Shown: positions 24,346 through 37,636, numbered from the stretch's first letter. The stretch is 64,000 nt of DNA from Eledone cirrhosa (GCA_964016885.1 OZ024741.1:311488001-311552000); one strand, 5' to 3'. Notes: generated from the letters alone by a model not told the origin. Program-made: numbers and translations.

Positions 24346-27300
24346 GGGAAGAAGACGCACGAGGTGACGGAGGTCATGAAATCGCTCCCGTAAGTTTTGA
24401 ATTTTTAACATATTTAAATCATTTGTGAAATAACAACTCTTAGTACAAATGCTACGTAAAGCACCCGGCTTGAGCCCAAAAAAATTCGGACCCAAAATAT
24501 ATTGTTATAAGGCTCAAATATTCAAATATTCAACTTTGTATTGTACACTGTATATCCAAAAAAGAAAATGGCTATAAATGGAAGAAGAACCCCCCCACCT
24601 CCTCCTCTGTCTACACTATATAGAACAGCCAAACTCACCAACACCAGAAACTAGATACACCACCCACCCCATCACCTGTGTACACTAAACCACCACCGCT
24701 CACTACGGCCATCATTACAACCATTATCCCATCACCGCCGCCACCACCCCTTCACTCCTTCACTGCTACCACCGCTACAGCACCATCACTACAGTAATAC
24801 GGTCACATCACCGCCACCACTGCCTCGGTATCGACATCACCACCACCACTGTCTCAGTATCGCTACCGCCGCCAGTCTCCCACTTCTTCAAGATGGCTGC
24901 TGCCACCACATTATAGAATCCCTACTGCTAAAAAAGAGGAAGGCATCAAAATATATAGATAGACTCAAAATAAAAAATAAAAAACAAACAACAAAACCAA
25001 AGCAGCACAGCAACAACAGCAAAAAACGAGAAAAACAAACAGAGAAAAACAAAAACAAAAAAACAAAAAAACAAAAAAACGTAAAGAAAATAGGAATGAA
25101 GAGAGTAGCAGGCGGACGGACAGAGAAGAGGGGGGAACAACTAAAATTTAAAAACAAAAACTAAGTCAGACATTCGAACACTACATTACAATGAAACTTA
25201 TGCTTATTCATTTTTGTGGCCCTTTCTGCCTGTGTGTTTGTTTGTTTATGTGTGTTCGTATACAGCGTGGTGATAATGCCACACAAGGGCCAAGTGGAAT
25301 GGCGGATCCACAGATGGATATGTAACCATACATTCGCCAATCCTCGATAAGAGTGTTTAAATATCGAACATAAACAGTTCGAATAACGGTGAAATGGAGA
25401 CTAGAACGTCATGTGACAGACTCTCACCCAACAGGTGCCCCCTGGCTCAGCAGCAGGAACCTGACTGTCAACCAAATACTGCTGATGTTGGAGGAAGGAG
25501 AAGAAGGAAAGGGGCCAGAACCAACTGGACGAAAGAATTGAATAGAACTGTTATGCAATGTTACCTGAAAAGTAACCCCAAGGAGAGGGGCTACAGGAGA
25601 CGGATGCATAACATCTGGAACGAGATTGGTTTATTTAAATTAGATGAACAAAAATTGGCCGGGCAGGCTCGGGTAATAAGAACTAATGGATGGATAAGCG
25701 AGCTGGAACTGGAGGAACTGAGCAGAGAGAATGGCTTGGAGATGGCGGGTGTAGTATGCCAGACAAGCGAGCCAGTGGGAAATGAAGGTGAAGAGGTCCT
25801 GAGAACGGAGGAACCACCCGAAGCAGACAATGATCTGAATACTGAGATAAATAATACCTGGAACAGAGATACGGCCACTGAGGAGATGAATGCTGACGGG
25901 CTAGGACAAGATTCGGTTGACATCCTAAATTTAGTGGTAGATGAATTGAACAATGATAGTGGGAGACCTATGAACCTAAGATTTGTAGACAGGAAAAAGT
26001 TAAAAGAAACAACGGCTAAGGTAAACAAAGTCATCCCATACCTTGAGGCGAGGAGCCTTCACCAGTGCAACAATAGCCTCAAAGCAACAGCAAATACGGT
26101 GAGGAAACTACTTGGTATAAAAGCGAGAGGAAACAACAGACAAGAAAGAGCAGAGCCGTGGTGGAAGAAGCGACTGAGTGGGCAAATCGGGGAAATGAGA
26201 AATGACATAGGAAAGCTTGAGTCACTACTGAATGGGACACTAAAAAACATAGGCACTAAAAATAGACTGGAAATAAAATACAAAACTAGGAGGAAAAAGC
26301 TAAATATTATCATAGAGGAACTGAAGCAACGCATTGTAGCAAAGAGTGCAAAAATCAGGCGATACGAGAACAGAGTCAGTCAGTATAAACAGAACCGCAT
26401 GTTCGACAACAACCAGAAGATGCTGTTTGGACAGCTTGAGGGGAAAGAAAGAGGCAACGACTTGATCCCTGGGGCGGAGCAAACTAAAACGTTCTGGAGA
26501 GGAATATGGGAGCAGGATGTTAGACACAATGCCCAGGCAGGGTGGATTGAGACAGTACAGAGGGAGATCGGTGAGCAGGCACAACAACAAACTGATTTGA
26601 GTATCACAGTTGAAACTCTTAAGGGGCAGGCCAAAAAACTAACCAACTGGAAATCACCAGGCCCAGATGGTGTGCAGGGGTATTGGATTAAACATTTAAC
26701 ATCCCTCCACCCGAAGCTGACGGCCATGTTCAATGACTGCTTGGTGTCGGGTGAGGTGCCAGAGTGGTTGACAAAAGGTACCACAGTTCTGATAATGAAA
26801 GACCGAATCAAGGGTAATGATGTTACCAACTATAGACCTATCACATGTCTGTCCGTAATGTGGAAACTGTTGACGAGCATTGTGTCTGAGGAAATCTACC
26901 ATCACCTCCACACAAACAACTTGTTACCGGACGAACAGAAAGGATGCCGAAAGAAGTCACGTGGTACAAAGGACCAGTTACTTATTGATAAGATGGTAAT
27001 GGGGAATTGCAGGAGGAGACACACTGATCTTGTCATGGGATGGATAGACTACAGAAAGGCATTTGACATGGTGCCTCATTCCTGGATCACCAAAAGCCTG
27101 GAGATCTTCAGGGTGGCAGATAACATCAGACAGTTGCTAGGCAGGAGTATGGGGTCCTGGGAGACAGAGTTGACATCAACTGGAGTATCCTTGGGAAGCG
27201 TGAAGATCAAGAGAGGTATCTTCCAGGGAGATAGCCTGTCCCCTCTGTTGTTTGTCCTTGCCCTGATGCCCTTGACCATTATGCTGCGAAAAGTGAGAGC

Positions 27301-28860
27301 AGTATACAAGTTGGGAAGGGGAGAGCTTACCATCAATCACCTCCTCTTCATGGACGATCTTAAGCTCTTCGGGAAAAGTGAGAAGGAGTTGGATGTGCTT
27401 GTTGACACTGTCCGTATTTTCAGCAGTGATATATGTATGCAGTTTGGTATTGGTAAATGTGGAGTCATTGTGATGAAGAGGGGTAGGTTGAGCAGAAGTA
27501 ACGGGATCCAGATACCAACAGGTGAGATGATAAAGGAAATTGACTCTGAGGAAGGATACAAGTATTTGGGCGTTCTGGAGGCTGATGGCATAAAGAACAA
27601 AAAAATGAAGGAATTGTTAAGAACTGAATACATTCGGAGAGTAAGGAGCGTATTGAAGTCACATCTGAACAGCAGAAATGCCATAAGCGCAGTAAATTCC
27701 CGAGCTGTGTCTATTATTAGGTACAGTGCGGGAATTCTTAGATGGAATGTTGTTGAACAAAAAGAAATGGATAGGAAGACTAGGAAACTATTGACTATCT
27801 ACAACATGTTCCACAAGAGGAGTGATGTCGATAGACTCTACCTAAGCAGATCTGAGGGTGGAAGAGGTCTTATCAGCATAGAGGACTGTGTTCAGATGGA
27901 GAAAAACAACCTATACAAATACGTGACCTATAGTAAGGAGCCAATGCTCAGAACTGTACTGAAGGAGGGGACAGTAGGCCAGGGGATGTCCAAGGAGGAA
28001 ATAACATCAAGGAGGAAGAGCAGCCTTAAGGGAAAATCCCTTCATAGTACCTTCTTTGAGAAAACTGAATTTAGAGATCCACAGACATGGAACTGGTTGA
28101 GAAGAGGAGACCTCAAAAAGGCTACAGAAGGAATGCTAATGGCTGCGCAGGAGCAGGCCCTCAAAACGAAGTGGTTGAAGCACCATATCTACAAGGAGGA
28201 GGCTAGCCCACTGTGCAGGATCTATGGAGAGAGAGAGGAGACTGTGGCTCACATTGTGTCCGAGTGTAAACACCTAGCCCAGACCCACTATAAGGGCTGG
28301 AGACACGATGTGATGGGCAGGGTGATCCACTGGCACCTGTGCAAAGTAAACAATTTACCACATTCTGAGAAATGGTATGAGCATAGGCCAGAGGCGGTGA
28401 TGGAGAACAATCAGGTGAAGGTGCTGTGGGATTTTAGGATACAGACGGACAAAAAACTGGAACACAATAGACCTGACCTGGTGGTTGTGGACAAAGAAAA
28501 AAGATCGTGTCTGATTGTGGATGTAGCCTGCCCGTTCGACACGAGAGTGCAAGAGAAGGAGAGGGAGAAAATTAACCGATACCTGGACCTAAAGTGGGAG
28601 GTGAAAAGGATTTGGAACTGCCATGAAGTCAAAGTGATCCCGATTGTCATAGGCGCACTGGGGACTATCTCCAAAAGTTTCCAGGGATGGTTAAAGAAAA
28701 TCGGCCCCTTCACGCTTTTTGGAACGCTTCAAAAGGCATGCTTGCTTGGAACAGCAAGAACCCTCCGATACGTCCTGAATATCTGAGGCTGCAGGTAGTG
28801 GCTTGATATTCAATCCAACGGACTTTCCAGTTAACCAACATCAATGACTGAGATTCAAGG
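24346..28860 (+). mobile_element. Apparently full-length R4/Dong-clade site-specific non-LTR retrotransposon in (TAA)n
   Basis: Single long ORF, 5'UTR of about 1 kb and 3'UTR of 74 bp, flanked by (AAT)n at 24253-24345 and 28861-28893. Confidence 0.85.
25394..28786 (+). CDS. R4/Dong-type polyprotein: N-terminal domain, reverse transcriptase, zinc knuckle, restriction-like endonuclease
   Basis: Uninterrupted 1130 aa. Motifs: KSPGPDG, YRPITCL, IDYRKAFDMVPH, GIFQGDSLSPLLF, LFMDDLKL, YKYLG, CRIY..ETVAHIVSEC, RHD, RPD..DVACP..EKINRY. Confidence 0.95.
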   Translation: METRTSCDRLSPNRCPLAQQQEPDCQPNTADVGGRRRRKGARTNWTKELNRTVMQCYLKSNPKERGYRRRMHNIWNEIGLFKLDEQKLAGQARVIRTNGWISELELEELSRENGLEMAGVVCQTSEPVGNEGEEVLRTEEPPEADNDLNTEINNTWNRDTATEEMNADGLGQDSVDILNLVVDELNNDSGRPMNLRFVDRKKLKETTAKVNKVIPYLEARSLHQCNNSLKATANTVRKLLGIKARGNNRQERAEPWWKKRLSGQIGEMRNDIGKLESLLNGTLKNIGTKNRLEIKYKTRRKKLNIIIEELKQRIVAKSAKIRRYENRVSQYKQNRMFDNNQKMLFGQLEGKERGNDLIPGAEQTKTFWRGIWEQDVRHNAQAGWIETVQREIGEQAQQQTDLSITVETLKGQAKKLTNWKSPGPDGVQGYWIKHLTSLHPKLTAMFNDCLVSGEVPEWLTKGTTVLIMKDRIKGNDVTNYRPITCLSVMWKLLTSIVSEEIYHHLHTNNLLPDEQKGCRKKSRGTKDQLLIDKMVMGNCRRRHTDLVMGWIDYRKAFDMVPHSWITKSLEIFRVADNIRQLLGRSMGSWETELTSTGVSLGSVKIKRGIFQGDSLSPLLFVLALMPLTIMLRKVRAVYKLGRGELTINHLLFMDDLKLFGKSEKELDVLVDTVRIFSSDICMQFGIGKCGVIVMKRGRLSRSNGIQIPTGEMIKEIDSEEGYKYLGVLEADGIKNKKMKELLRTEYIRRVRSVLKSHLNSRNAISAVNSRAVSIIRYSAGILRWNVVEQKEMDRKTRKLLTIYNMFHKRSDVDRLYLSRSEGGRGLISIEDCVQMEKNNLYKYVTYSKEPMLRTVLKEGTVGQGMSKEEITSRRKSSLKGKSLHSTFFEKTEFRDPQTWNWLRRGDLKKATEGMLMAAQEQALKTKWLKHHIYKEEASPLCRIYGEREETVAHIVSECKHLAQTHYKGWRHDVMGRVIHWHLCKVNNLPHSEKWYEHRPEAVMENNQVKVLWDFRIQTDKKLEHNRPDLVVVDKEKRSCLIVDVACPFDTRVQEKEREKINRYLDLKWEVKRIWNCHEVKVIPIVIGALGTISKSFQGWLKKIGPFTLFGTLQKACLLGTARTLRYVLNI

Positions 28861-28952
28861 AATAACAACAATAATAATAATAATAATAATAATGTCCGTT
28901 TACAATTGTTTCGCTACTCCATATAATATTTCTGGATCAAATGATTATATAT

Positions 28953-29292
28953 AATTATTGATCTGGTTCAGTTGAAAATAATTAACATCGGTAGAGATAG
29001 AGCAGCTCATCGGAACTTCAAAAGGAATATAAATTATTATAAAGAAAGTATGTTACATAAATGTAATGTTCCACATATTTGTATTTCACTATGGTGTCCT
29101 GGGTATATCAATTATCTGCCACAGCCGAGCATTATTCTTCTGTCGAGGCTATATTGTGTGAGATCTGCCTATGGGTAACAATATCTATGTAATATGCTTT
29201 CCTTATTTTAATTTATATTCCTTTTGAAGTTCCGATGAGCTGCTCTATATTTACCTATGTTAATTATTTTCAACTGAAGCAGATCAATAATG
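28953..29292. repeat. Inverted repeat with arms of about 110 bp around a spacer of about 115 bp (MITE-like or PLE-derived)
   Basis: attattgatctggttcagttgaaaataattaacat..gagcagctcatcggaacttcaaaagg pairs with ccttttgaagttccgatgagctgctc..ttcaactgaagcagatcaataat. Confidence 0.8.
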
Positions 29293-29299
29293 GAACTTT

Positions 29300-30555
<1,256 letters not shown>

Positions 30556-30883
30556 CTTTCTTACAACTAATATAAATACTTCAATTTTTCTGATTTTTTC
30601 CAATTTATCCAATATCTCTGAAGAAGTGACAACTGATTGTACATTTGCTATCGAATACTTGCTAACATTATATGATTACGCAAGCAGCGATACATAGGTA
30701 TTCCGTCTGTTACAGAAACATATGTCAATACCTAATAAATTCCTTTATAAAAGCACTTTCATTTTATATTCATCTTTTCTACATTTTCTTCGGAATATAA
30801 TTTATATTCGTTGAGCAAACCTACACGTACGCTTTCATCTCTAATGAGACGATATATTATCACTACATTATTGATAACCTGAA

Positions 30884-30968
<85 letters not shown>

Positions 30969-31055
30969 ATGTCTGTGTCTGTGTGTGTGTGTGTGTGCGC
31001 GCGCGCGCGCGTGTGTGTGTGTCTGTAGAAAATACGTAACAACTTTTTGATATAC

Positions 31056-31187
31056 CTTGGCAATTGTAACCAGAATAACCTGCAGAACATCCATCTGAAC
31101 ATGTTCCATTTCGCTTGTCACAGTTAAAATTGTTGAGACAATGGCATTTCCCTCTACAATTAACACCAAAGTTCCCTATTCGACATT
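31056..31187 (-). CDS. EGF-module exon (132 nt, phase 1-1) of a MEGF10/Draper/SCARF-like gene
   Basis: TTTCAG|..|GTATAT splice sites. Encodes ECRIGNFGVNCRGKCHCLNNFNCDKRNGTCSDGCSAGYSGYNCQG. Confidence 0.85.
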
Positions 31188-31366
31188 CTGAAATATATAT
31201 AAGATTTCTATATTAAACATCATATTTACACACACACAAACGCATGCACTCACACAATGGCATTCACCTACACCGACACACACAAACACACACACGCATA
31301 TATATATATATATATGTGTTGTGTATATAGTAATTATTGCAATTACGTAACAAGTTTATGATATAC

Positions 31367-31498
31367 CTTGGCAATTGTCACCAGCATAACCTGTAGAACA
31401 TCCATCTGAACATGTTCCATTTCGCTTGTCACAGTTACTATTGTTGAGACAATGGCATTTCCCTATACAATTAACACCAAAGTTCCCTATTCGGCATT
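31367..31498 (-). CDS. EGF-module exon (132 nt)
   Basis: AG/GT intact. Encodes ECRIGNFGVNCIGKCHCLNNSNCDKRNGTCSDGCSTGYAGDNCQG. Confidence 0.85.
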
Positions 31499-31669
31499 CT
31501 GAAATATATATAAGATGGCTGTATTAAACATCATATTTACACACATACACACAAACGCATGCACCCGCACTCACCCATACACACACACACATACACACAC
31601 ACACGCATATATATATATGTGTCCTGTATATAGTAATTATTGTAATTACGTAACAAGTTTATGATATAC

Positions 31670-31802
31670 CTTTAGCAATTGTCACCAATATAACCTGTAG
31701 AACATCTATCTGAACATGTTCCATTTCGCTTGTCACAGTTACTATTGTTGAGACAATGGCATGTCCCTATACAATTAACACCAAAGTTTCATATTCGGCA
31801 TT
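31670..31802 (-). pseudogene. EGF pseudo-exon or poison exon (133 nt)
   Basis: AG/GT intact, but GGA changed to TGA at codon 5 (ECRI*) and a +1 insertion gives TGC TAA at the end. Confidence 0.85.
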
Positions 31803-31987
31803 CTGAAGTATATATAAGATTTCTATATTAAATATCATATTTACACACACACACAAACGCATGCACTCACACACACGCACTCACTCACACCCATACATAC
31901 AAACACACAAACTCACACACTCACGCATATATATATGTGTTGAGTATATACTAATTATTGTAATTATGTAACAAGTTTATAATATAC

Positions 31988-32119
31988 CTTGGCAATTATC
32001 ACCAGTATAACCTGTAAAACATCCATCTGAACATGTTCCATTTCGCTTGTCACAGTTACTATTGTCGAGACAATGGCATGTCCCATTACAATCATCAGCA
32101 AACTTTCCTACTGGGCATT
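31988..32119 (-). CDS. EGF-module exon (132 nt)
   Basis: AG/GT intact. Encodes ECPVGKFADDCNGTCHCLDNSNCDKRNGTCSDGCFTGYTGDNCQG. Confidence 0.85.
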
Positions 32120-32321
32120 CTGAAAATATCAATATATATATGATAATGTTGAAGATATCATTAATTACATACAGATATCAATGATACAATTTTATACCAA
32201 ATTTCAAGATTACCATAATAAAAATACCATAATAATAATAAATATATCCTACAAAATCGTACCATATTCTAACGTTTCCTACAATATGTATTTGCGACAT
32301 TCTTCCATTTAAATACACACA

Positions 32322-32352
<31 letters not shown>

Positions 32353-32449
32353 ATATAGTGTATATATATAAATCCATACATACATAGATACATAGGAGAT
32401 ACAATTATACCAGATAAATGCATACATACATACATATATACATACATAC

Positions 32450-33345
32450 AAGGGAGATACACTTATAGCAGAATGGTTGACATTAGCACAAACAATACTG
32501 GTCCCCAAAAACAAATCCACCCACCTGGCAAAAAACAACCGACCCATTGCATGTCAGAACCTGATGCATAAGGTGTATACAGCCTGCCTGAACCTATTCC
32601 TCCAAAATCCCTGTGAAAATAATCATATCATCGCAGATGAACAAGAAGCTGGAAAGAAAGGGGTTTTGGGGTGTGATGAACAATTTCTAATCAACAAAAC
32701 AGCGATGTAGGAAGTGCGACAACTTAGGAGGAATATGGCTACAGTCTGGCTGGACTACAGGAAAACTTTCGTTTTTGCTCCTTCTTCTTTGGCTACTATC
32801 CTAAAGTTAAAGACACAGAAGGAGGACTCTATTTTCACTGATGAAATAAACTATCACAGAGGTATATTTCAAGGAGACAGTCTCTCTGTGATATTATTTA
32901 TCCTGTCATTAAACCATTTGTCTTTTCTGCTCAAGAAATGTGAAGGATACATCACTGGCTCACAGGAAGTCAGAAATACGAGCCTAACCGACAATTTCTT
33001 TGTGGATGGTCTGAAACTCTATGCCAAGAACATAGATGGGATGAGGAAAAATCTTGACCTGGTTACTACGTTCTCAAAGGATATAGCAATTGAGTTTGGT
33101 CAAGATAAATGTTCATATATGACTGTAAAGTAGTGAAAAACAACAACCCAATATAGCAACATTGACATCAATGGCCTAACTGTTTCACCTATATCTGATG
33201 AGGACTGTTACAGATACCTGGGGATAGATGAGAACATATCATATAATGTTATCTGTAATAATGAGAGAGTCTTGTAACTACGTTAGAAACCGCCTCTCTC
33301 TCTATTGGCAAACATTTGAGAAATTATAAAACCACAAGAACATAT
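32450..33345 (+). mobile_element. Internally deleted R4-like LINE (CATA-associated family)
   Basis: RPIACQNL, WLDYRK, GIFQGDSLS and FFVDGLKLY motifs. The 3'UTR end matches 56990-57065. Confidence 0.85.
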
Positions 33346-33448
33346 ATATATATATATATAAATTATAATATAGTATGGCTGCGGTACTGCGTACGGTTTA
33401 TTTCTTTTAATCCTGTTAGTAATATAAGTTGGATTACTTTGAATAAAT

Positions 33449-33636
33449 AATTGTTTCTACGTTAGGCACAAGGCCAGCAATTATCCAGTGCATTACTGGT
33501 ACTTTATTTTATCGACCCCGTAAGGATGAAAGGCAAAGTCAACCTCGGCGGTATTTGAACTCAGATCGTAAAGGGACGTAACTATGCTGGAAGGCATGGC
33601 CTCCGACCCTCTATCGATACTGCCAATCCACCGCCC
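33449..33636 (-). mobile_element. tRNA-derived SINE with an 18-bp TSD
   Basis: TSD ttactttgaataaataat on both sides. The paralogous site at about 57160 is empty. Confidence 0.9.
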
Positions 33637-34191
33637 TTACTTTGAATAAATAATAAATGAATATTACATGATTCATGTCCTAAAAACTTAAATAATTTAA
33701 AATTGACTTATTTTCAAATTTTCATTCACATTTATACACTTCCTGTATAGCGTCGGCACCAACACCACTTCAACTACCATATATAGAGAAAGAGAGAGTG
33801 TGTGATGAGAGAGATAGAGAGATTATGATTTTCTACCCGCTGACGCATATGAGTGTGTACATACATCTATATGTATGAGTATATAACTATTGTGGGTATA
33901 TAATTATAATCGCGCAAACAGAAACTTATGAAAAATACCCGCTCACATGCATTCACACAAATACACATACATTCACAAATACTTTCACACAAACATATAT
34001 ACATTCACACATATACATTTACACAAACACACACATACAATGATGATAGCAGCGTTCGGTGAATTGAAAATGGGAAGATAAAACAAGTATAACGTTTCAT
34101 TTATTTATTAACACTTTACTTCTTTATTAACTCTTTTTTTTTTTAAACTCATTTAATATAATGGTTACAGAACGAAAACACTAACAAATAA

Positions 34192-34570
34192 AATTGTTTC
34201 TAGTTTTGGCACAAGGCCAGCAATTCTCCCAGTGTATTACTGGTTCTTTATTTTATCGATTCCGTAAGGATGAAAGGCAAAGTTAACCTCGGTGGGAATT
34301 CAATTCAGATTATAAAGGGCCGTAACTCTATTCTGCAAAGCGTGGCATCCGACCCTCTACCGATACTGCCAATCCACCACCCTTTTAATAATTGTTTCTA
34401 CTTTTGGCACAAGGCCAGCAATTATTCCAGTGAATTACTGGTACTTTATATTATCGACCCTGTAACGATGAAAGGCAAAGTTAACCTCCACGGGATTTGA
34501 ACTCAGACCGTAAAGGGACGAAACTATGCTGGAAAGCATGGCGTCCGATCCACTACCGATACTGCCAATT
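34192..34570 (-). mobile_element. Two tandem SINE copies
   Basis: Two consecutive antisense copies of the same SINE. A truncated counterpart lies at about 57700-57852. Confidence 0.85.
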
Positions 34571-34579
34571 CAATATAAT

Positions 34580-35070
34580 ATATACAAAGGAAAGGGAAAG
34601 GAAAAAAGAAAGAGAAAAATTACACAATCATGTAATACACACATCTTAGACCACATAGAACAAAATACAGGCGAAAGAGTGGAAATGAGCCCCTACCAGA
34701 GCAAAATATAGCATTATAGCGAGGGGCACAGGAAAACCACTTTAATAATTTTTGAGGCAGGCCACCACGCTCGCACCGTTACCTGGGGTGATGGGGACTG
34801 AGGTGCTGGAACATACAAATGCCCTCACGAGCATCACCAGTTACTTCTGTTTGGCGAGCCGATGTGAAGATAAAAATCTCGCTGTCAGTAGCCAGACTCC
34901 CCCAAACGTCTCGAACGCCACAGGTTGGATAATTACTTAGCTGACAGGACACGGTATTTTACGATTTTGTTCCGTTCACCTGCGGATGCTGTAGACCTGG
35001 CCCTTACCGCTGCATTCAAAACTGGGAAGAAGCAAAAGAGTCACTAACTATGAGGTCCCAGGAAAGGCAC
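34580..35070 (-). mobile_element. RLE LINE 3' fragment (CRE-like), paralog at about 57860-58360
   Basis: Minus translation of the paralog gives WDVTVIDCFASSH..KILKY..IVPVAFE..MFQHLS..GNGASVVAC, resembling the QRGNA endonuclease end of CRE-type LINEs. Confidence 0.55.
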
Positions 35071-35079
35071 CTGATCTCC

Positions 35080-35740
35080 CTCAAATTTATATACATGTAA
35101 ATGGAGTTCTACTGAAGCAGTTAGAGAAATCCAAGTATTTTGGAGCCGTGTTCATGAGTGATGGAATGCAGGAGACTGAATTAAGTGCAAGAATTGCAAA
35201 AACTGATGCAGTAATGCGCCAGCCTCAACATTCAGCAATCAGATGAAGGAGGTAGGTGTAAAATCTAAACTCGATGTTTTCCTGGTATTCCTGCCAACTC
35301 TTACTGAGGATCATGAATCTTGAGTAATGAATAAAAGAATACAATTGCAAATAAAAGTGGCAGAAATGGAATTCCTCCGAAGGGTATTGCAGTAACCTTA
35401 CTCGATAAAGTGCATAGCTCAGAGACCAGATAGTCTCTCCTGATAGAGCCGCTACCTCTCCGAATTGAGAGAGGACAACTGCGATATTATGAGCATTTGG
35501 TTAGAATGTCTCAGTAAAGAATCGCTGGACACATTTTACAGGCAAAACCAACCGGCAAGAGACCCAGAGGTAGAACCTGAGCAAGATACATGGATAAGAT
35601 CCCTGAGCTTGGCTGGTCACGCTTTGGGATCCAGCTGGATCGGTTAGAGATGTTTACTACTGACAGCTTCGCTGGAAAGGAGTGTTTGAGAAGGACCCAG
35701 CCCCCACAACCCTCTCAGAAATAAGTGGGTGAAGAAAAAG
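35080..35740 (+). mobile_element. RTE LINE 3' fragment, paralog at 58640-59300
   Basis: LKQLEKSKY(L)GAVF..DG..EINARIAKA and PTGKRPRGR motifs. Confidence 0.75.
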
Positions 35741-36377
35741 ATATTTTCAATTTACCTTTCAATTTACGTATATCTATATGCACATATATTTGCGTATAAT
35801 ACCAATATGCACACTACACATGCTAGCAGAAAACCGCACGTGGGGCGGTTTTTCTGTTGGTATATATAATGTTAGTATTAATATTATAGTTATAATATTA
35901 ATGGTATACTGATTCACTGAATTATCTAAACTATCGGAAAAACTAAGGAAATTTCCCCACAAAACAAAACAGGCCGAAAGTAAAAATATATCGCCATGTA
36001 ATGCTGATACACAGAGGATTAGGAATATTTAGGTTTTTAAAATTACCGAGTGTCAAGTCACGGTGTGGTAGCATGTTGTTTACTAATAAAACAGTTCACT
36101 TATATCATTTGGTTAACTGAAAATTAAATTTTACAAATTGAACTTTCCTCACATGCATTTTTATTTTACAATAGTGTTTATTTCCATGTTTTATATTTTA
36201 TGCAACTTAACAACGACAAGCATATCTACGGATGGAGAGATGGTAATGCCTTATATTTGGGGTGTTGTCTCAACCGGCGTATATAGGCCTAAACCTGAAT
36301 TACACCTCAGAATTTGATGGGACGACCTATGAAACGGATCAACTTTTACACCGGCATATACGATATATATATACATG

Positions 36378-36415
<38 letters not shown>

Positions 36416-36511
36416 TATATGTGTGTGTGTGGGGGGGGGGTATGTATGTGTGTGTGTGTGTGTGTATGCGTGTGCGTGTGTATAGTAGGTACGTAATAAT
36501 TTATTAGATAA

Positions 36512-36646
36512 CTTCGTGACAATTGACACCAATATAACCTGCAGAACATCCATCTGAACATCTTCCATTTTGCTTGTAACACTTAATGTTATTGATACAA
36601 TGGCATGTCCCATTACAAGCAATACCAAACTTTGCTGTTCGGTATA
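36512..36646 (-). pseudogene. EGF pseudo-exon with both splice sites mutated
   Basis: Aligned acceptor AG changed to AA, donor GT changed to TT, and the first Cys changed to Tyr. The rest reads FGIACNGTCHCINNIKCYKQNGRCSDGCSAGYIGVNCHE. Confidence 0.8.
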
Positions 36647-37004
36647 TTAAAAATATCAATATATATGATGATGTTCAACATATCATTAATTACATACAGA
36701 TATCAATGATAACATTTTATACCAAAATTTTAAGATTAAATTGGTCTGATGATAAACAAATGAAGTTGTATATTTATTTAATATTATATCGATCCTCTAT
36801 AAAATATATTTGGATTTTTATTTCAGTTAAATGCAATGTTAAAAAACTTATGAAAGACATATACAAGGTTATAAGTAAAATAACATATATAATCCTTCCA
36901 AATCTTACCATATTCTAAGAGTTACTACAATATGTAATAACGACATTCTTACATTTAAATAAACACACACACACACACAGACACACACACACACACACAC
37001 ACAC

Positions 37005-37104
<100 letters not shown>

Positions 37105-37247
37105 ATATATAGAGAGAGAGAGAGAAAATTAAAATGCTGGTTCTAACATAGCTTTATAGATATGAGTATGTGTAGTTTGGATATCTAGCAATATGTGATA
37201 TGTTTAGATATAATAATAATAAATAATTATAGGGTGTAAGTATCACA

Positions 37248-37378
37248 TTTAATATAGACATAGCTTCTACAGTACTAGACCTATTTCATTCAAAAGTAAT
37301 CATCAGGAAATCCGTTTACTGATGATTTCTTTGGAAGAAACTATACTAGTCCAGTAGAAGTGATTTATATATTAAACA
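37248..37378. mobile_element. Old HHR fold-back element (family B) in the EGF introns; copies at about 45695-45775, 51635-51745, 52388-52515 and 62330-62460
   Basis: Imperfect palindrome tttcattcaaaagtaatcatcaggaaa tccg tttactgatgatttctttggaagaaa, homologous to the young element at 60584-60790. Confidence 0.7.
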
Positions 37379-37501
37379 TCATATTTGCACACAGACACAG
37401 ACCCCCCCACCACCACCACCACACACACAGACGCACACGCTCACACAAATATATATGTATTTGTGTGTGTGTAGTAAATAGATAACAGGTTTATTATATA
37501 C

Positions 37502-37636
37502 CTTGTTGGCAACTGTCACCAATAAAACCTGCAGCACATCCATCTGAACATCTTCCTTTAATCATTTCACAGTTATTATTGTCGATACAATGGCATTTCC
37601 CAATACAACCAAAACCAAACCTTCCTAATGGGCATT
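37502..37636 (-). CDS. EGF-module exon (135 nt)
   Basis: TTTTAG|..|GTATAT splice sites. Encodes ECPLGRFGFGCIGKCHCIDNNNCEMIKGRCSDGCAAGFIGDSCQQG. Confidence 0.88.

Noticed and set aside
25424-28713. Antisense ORFs overlapping the Dong ORF
   Set aside because: Shadow ORFs of a long coding strand with no recognisable motifs.
30560-30880. Candidate next exon of the EGF gene after 31056
   Set aside because: The AG sites tested give early stops in phase 1 and no transmembrane or recognisable domain, so no exon can be supported.
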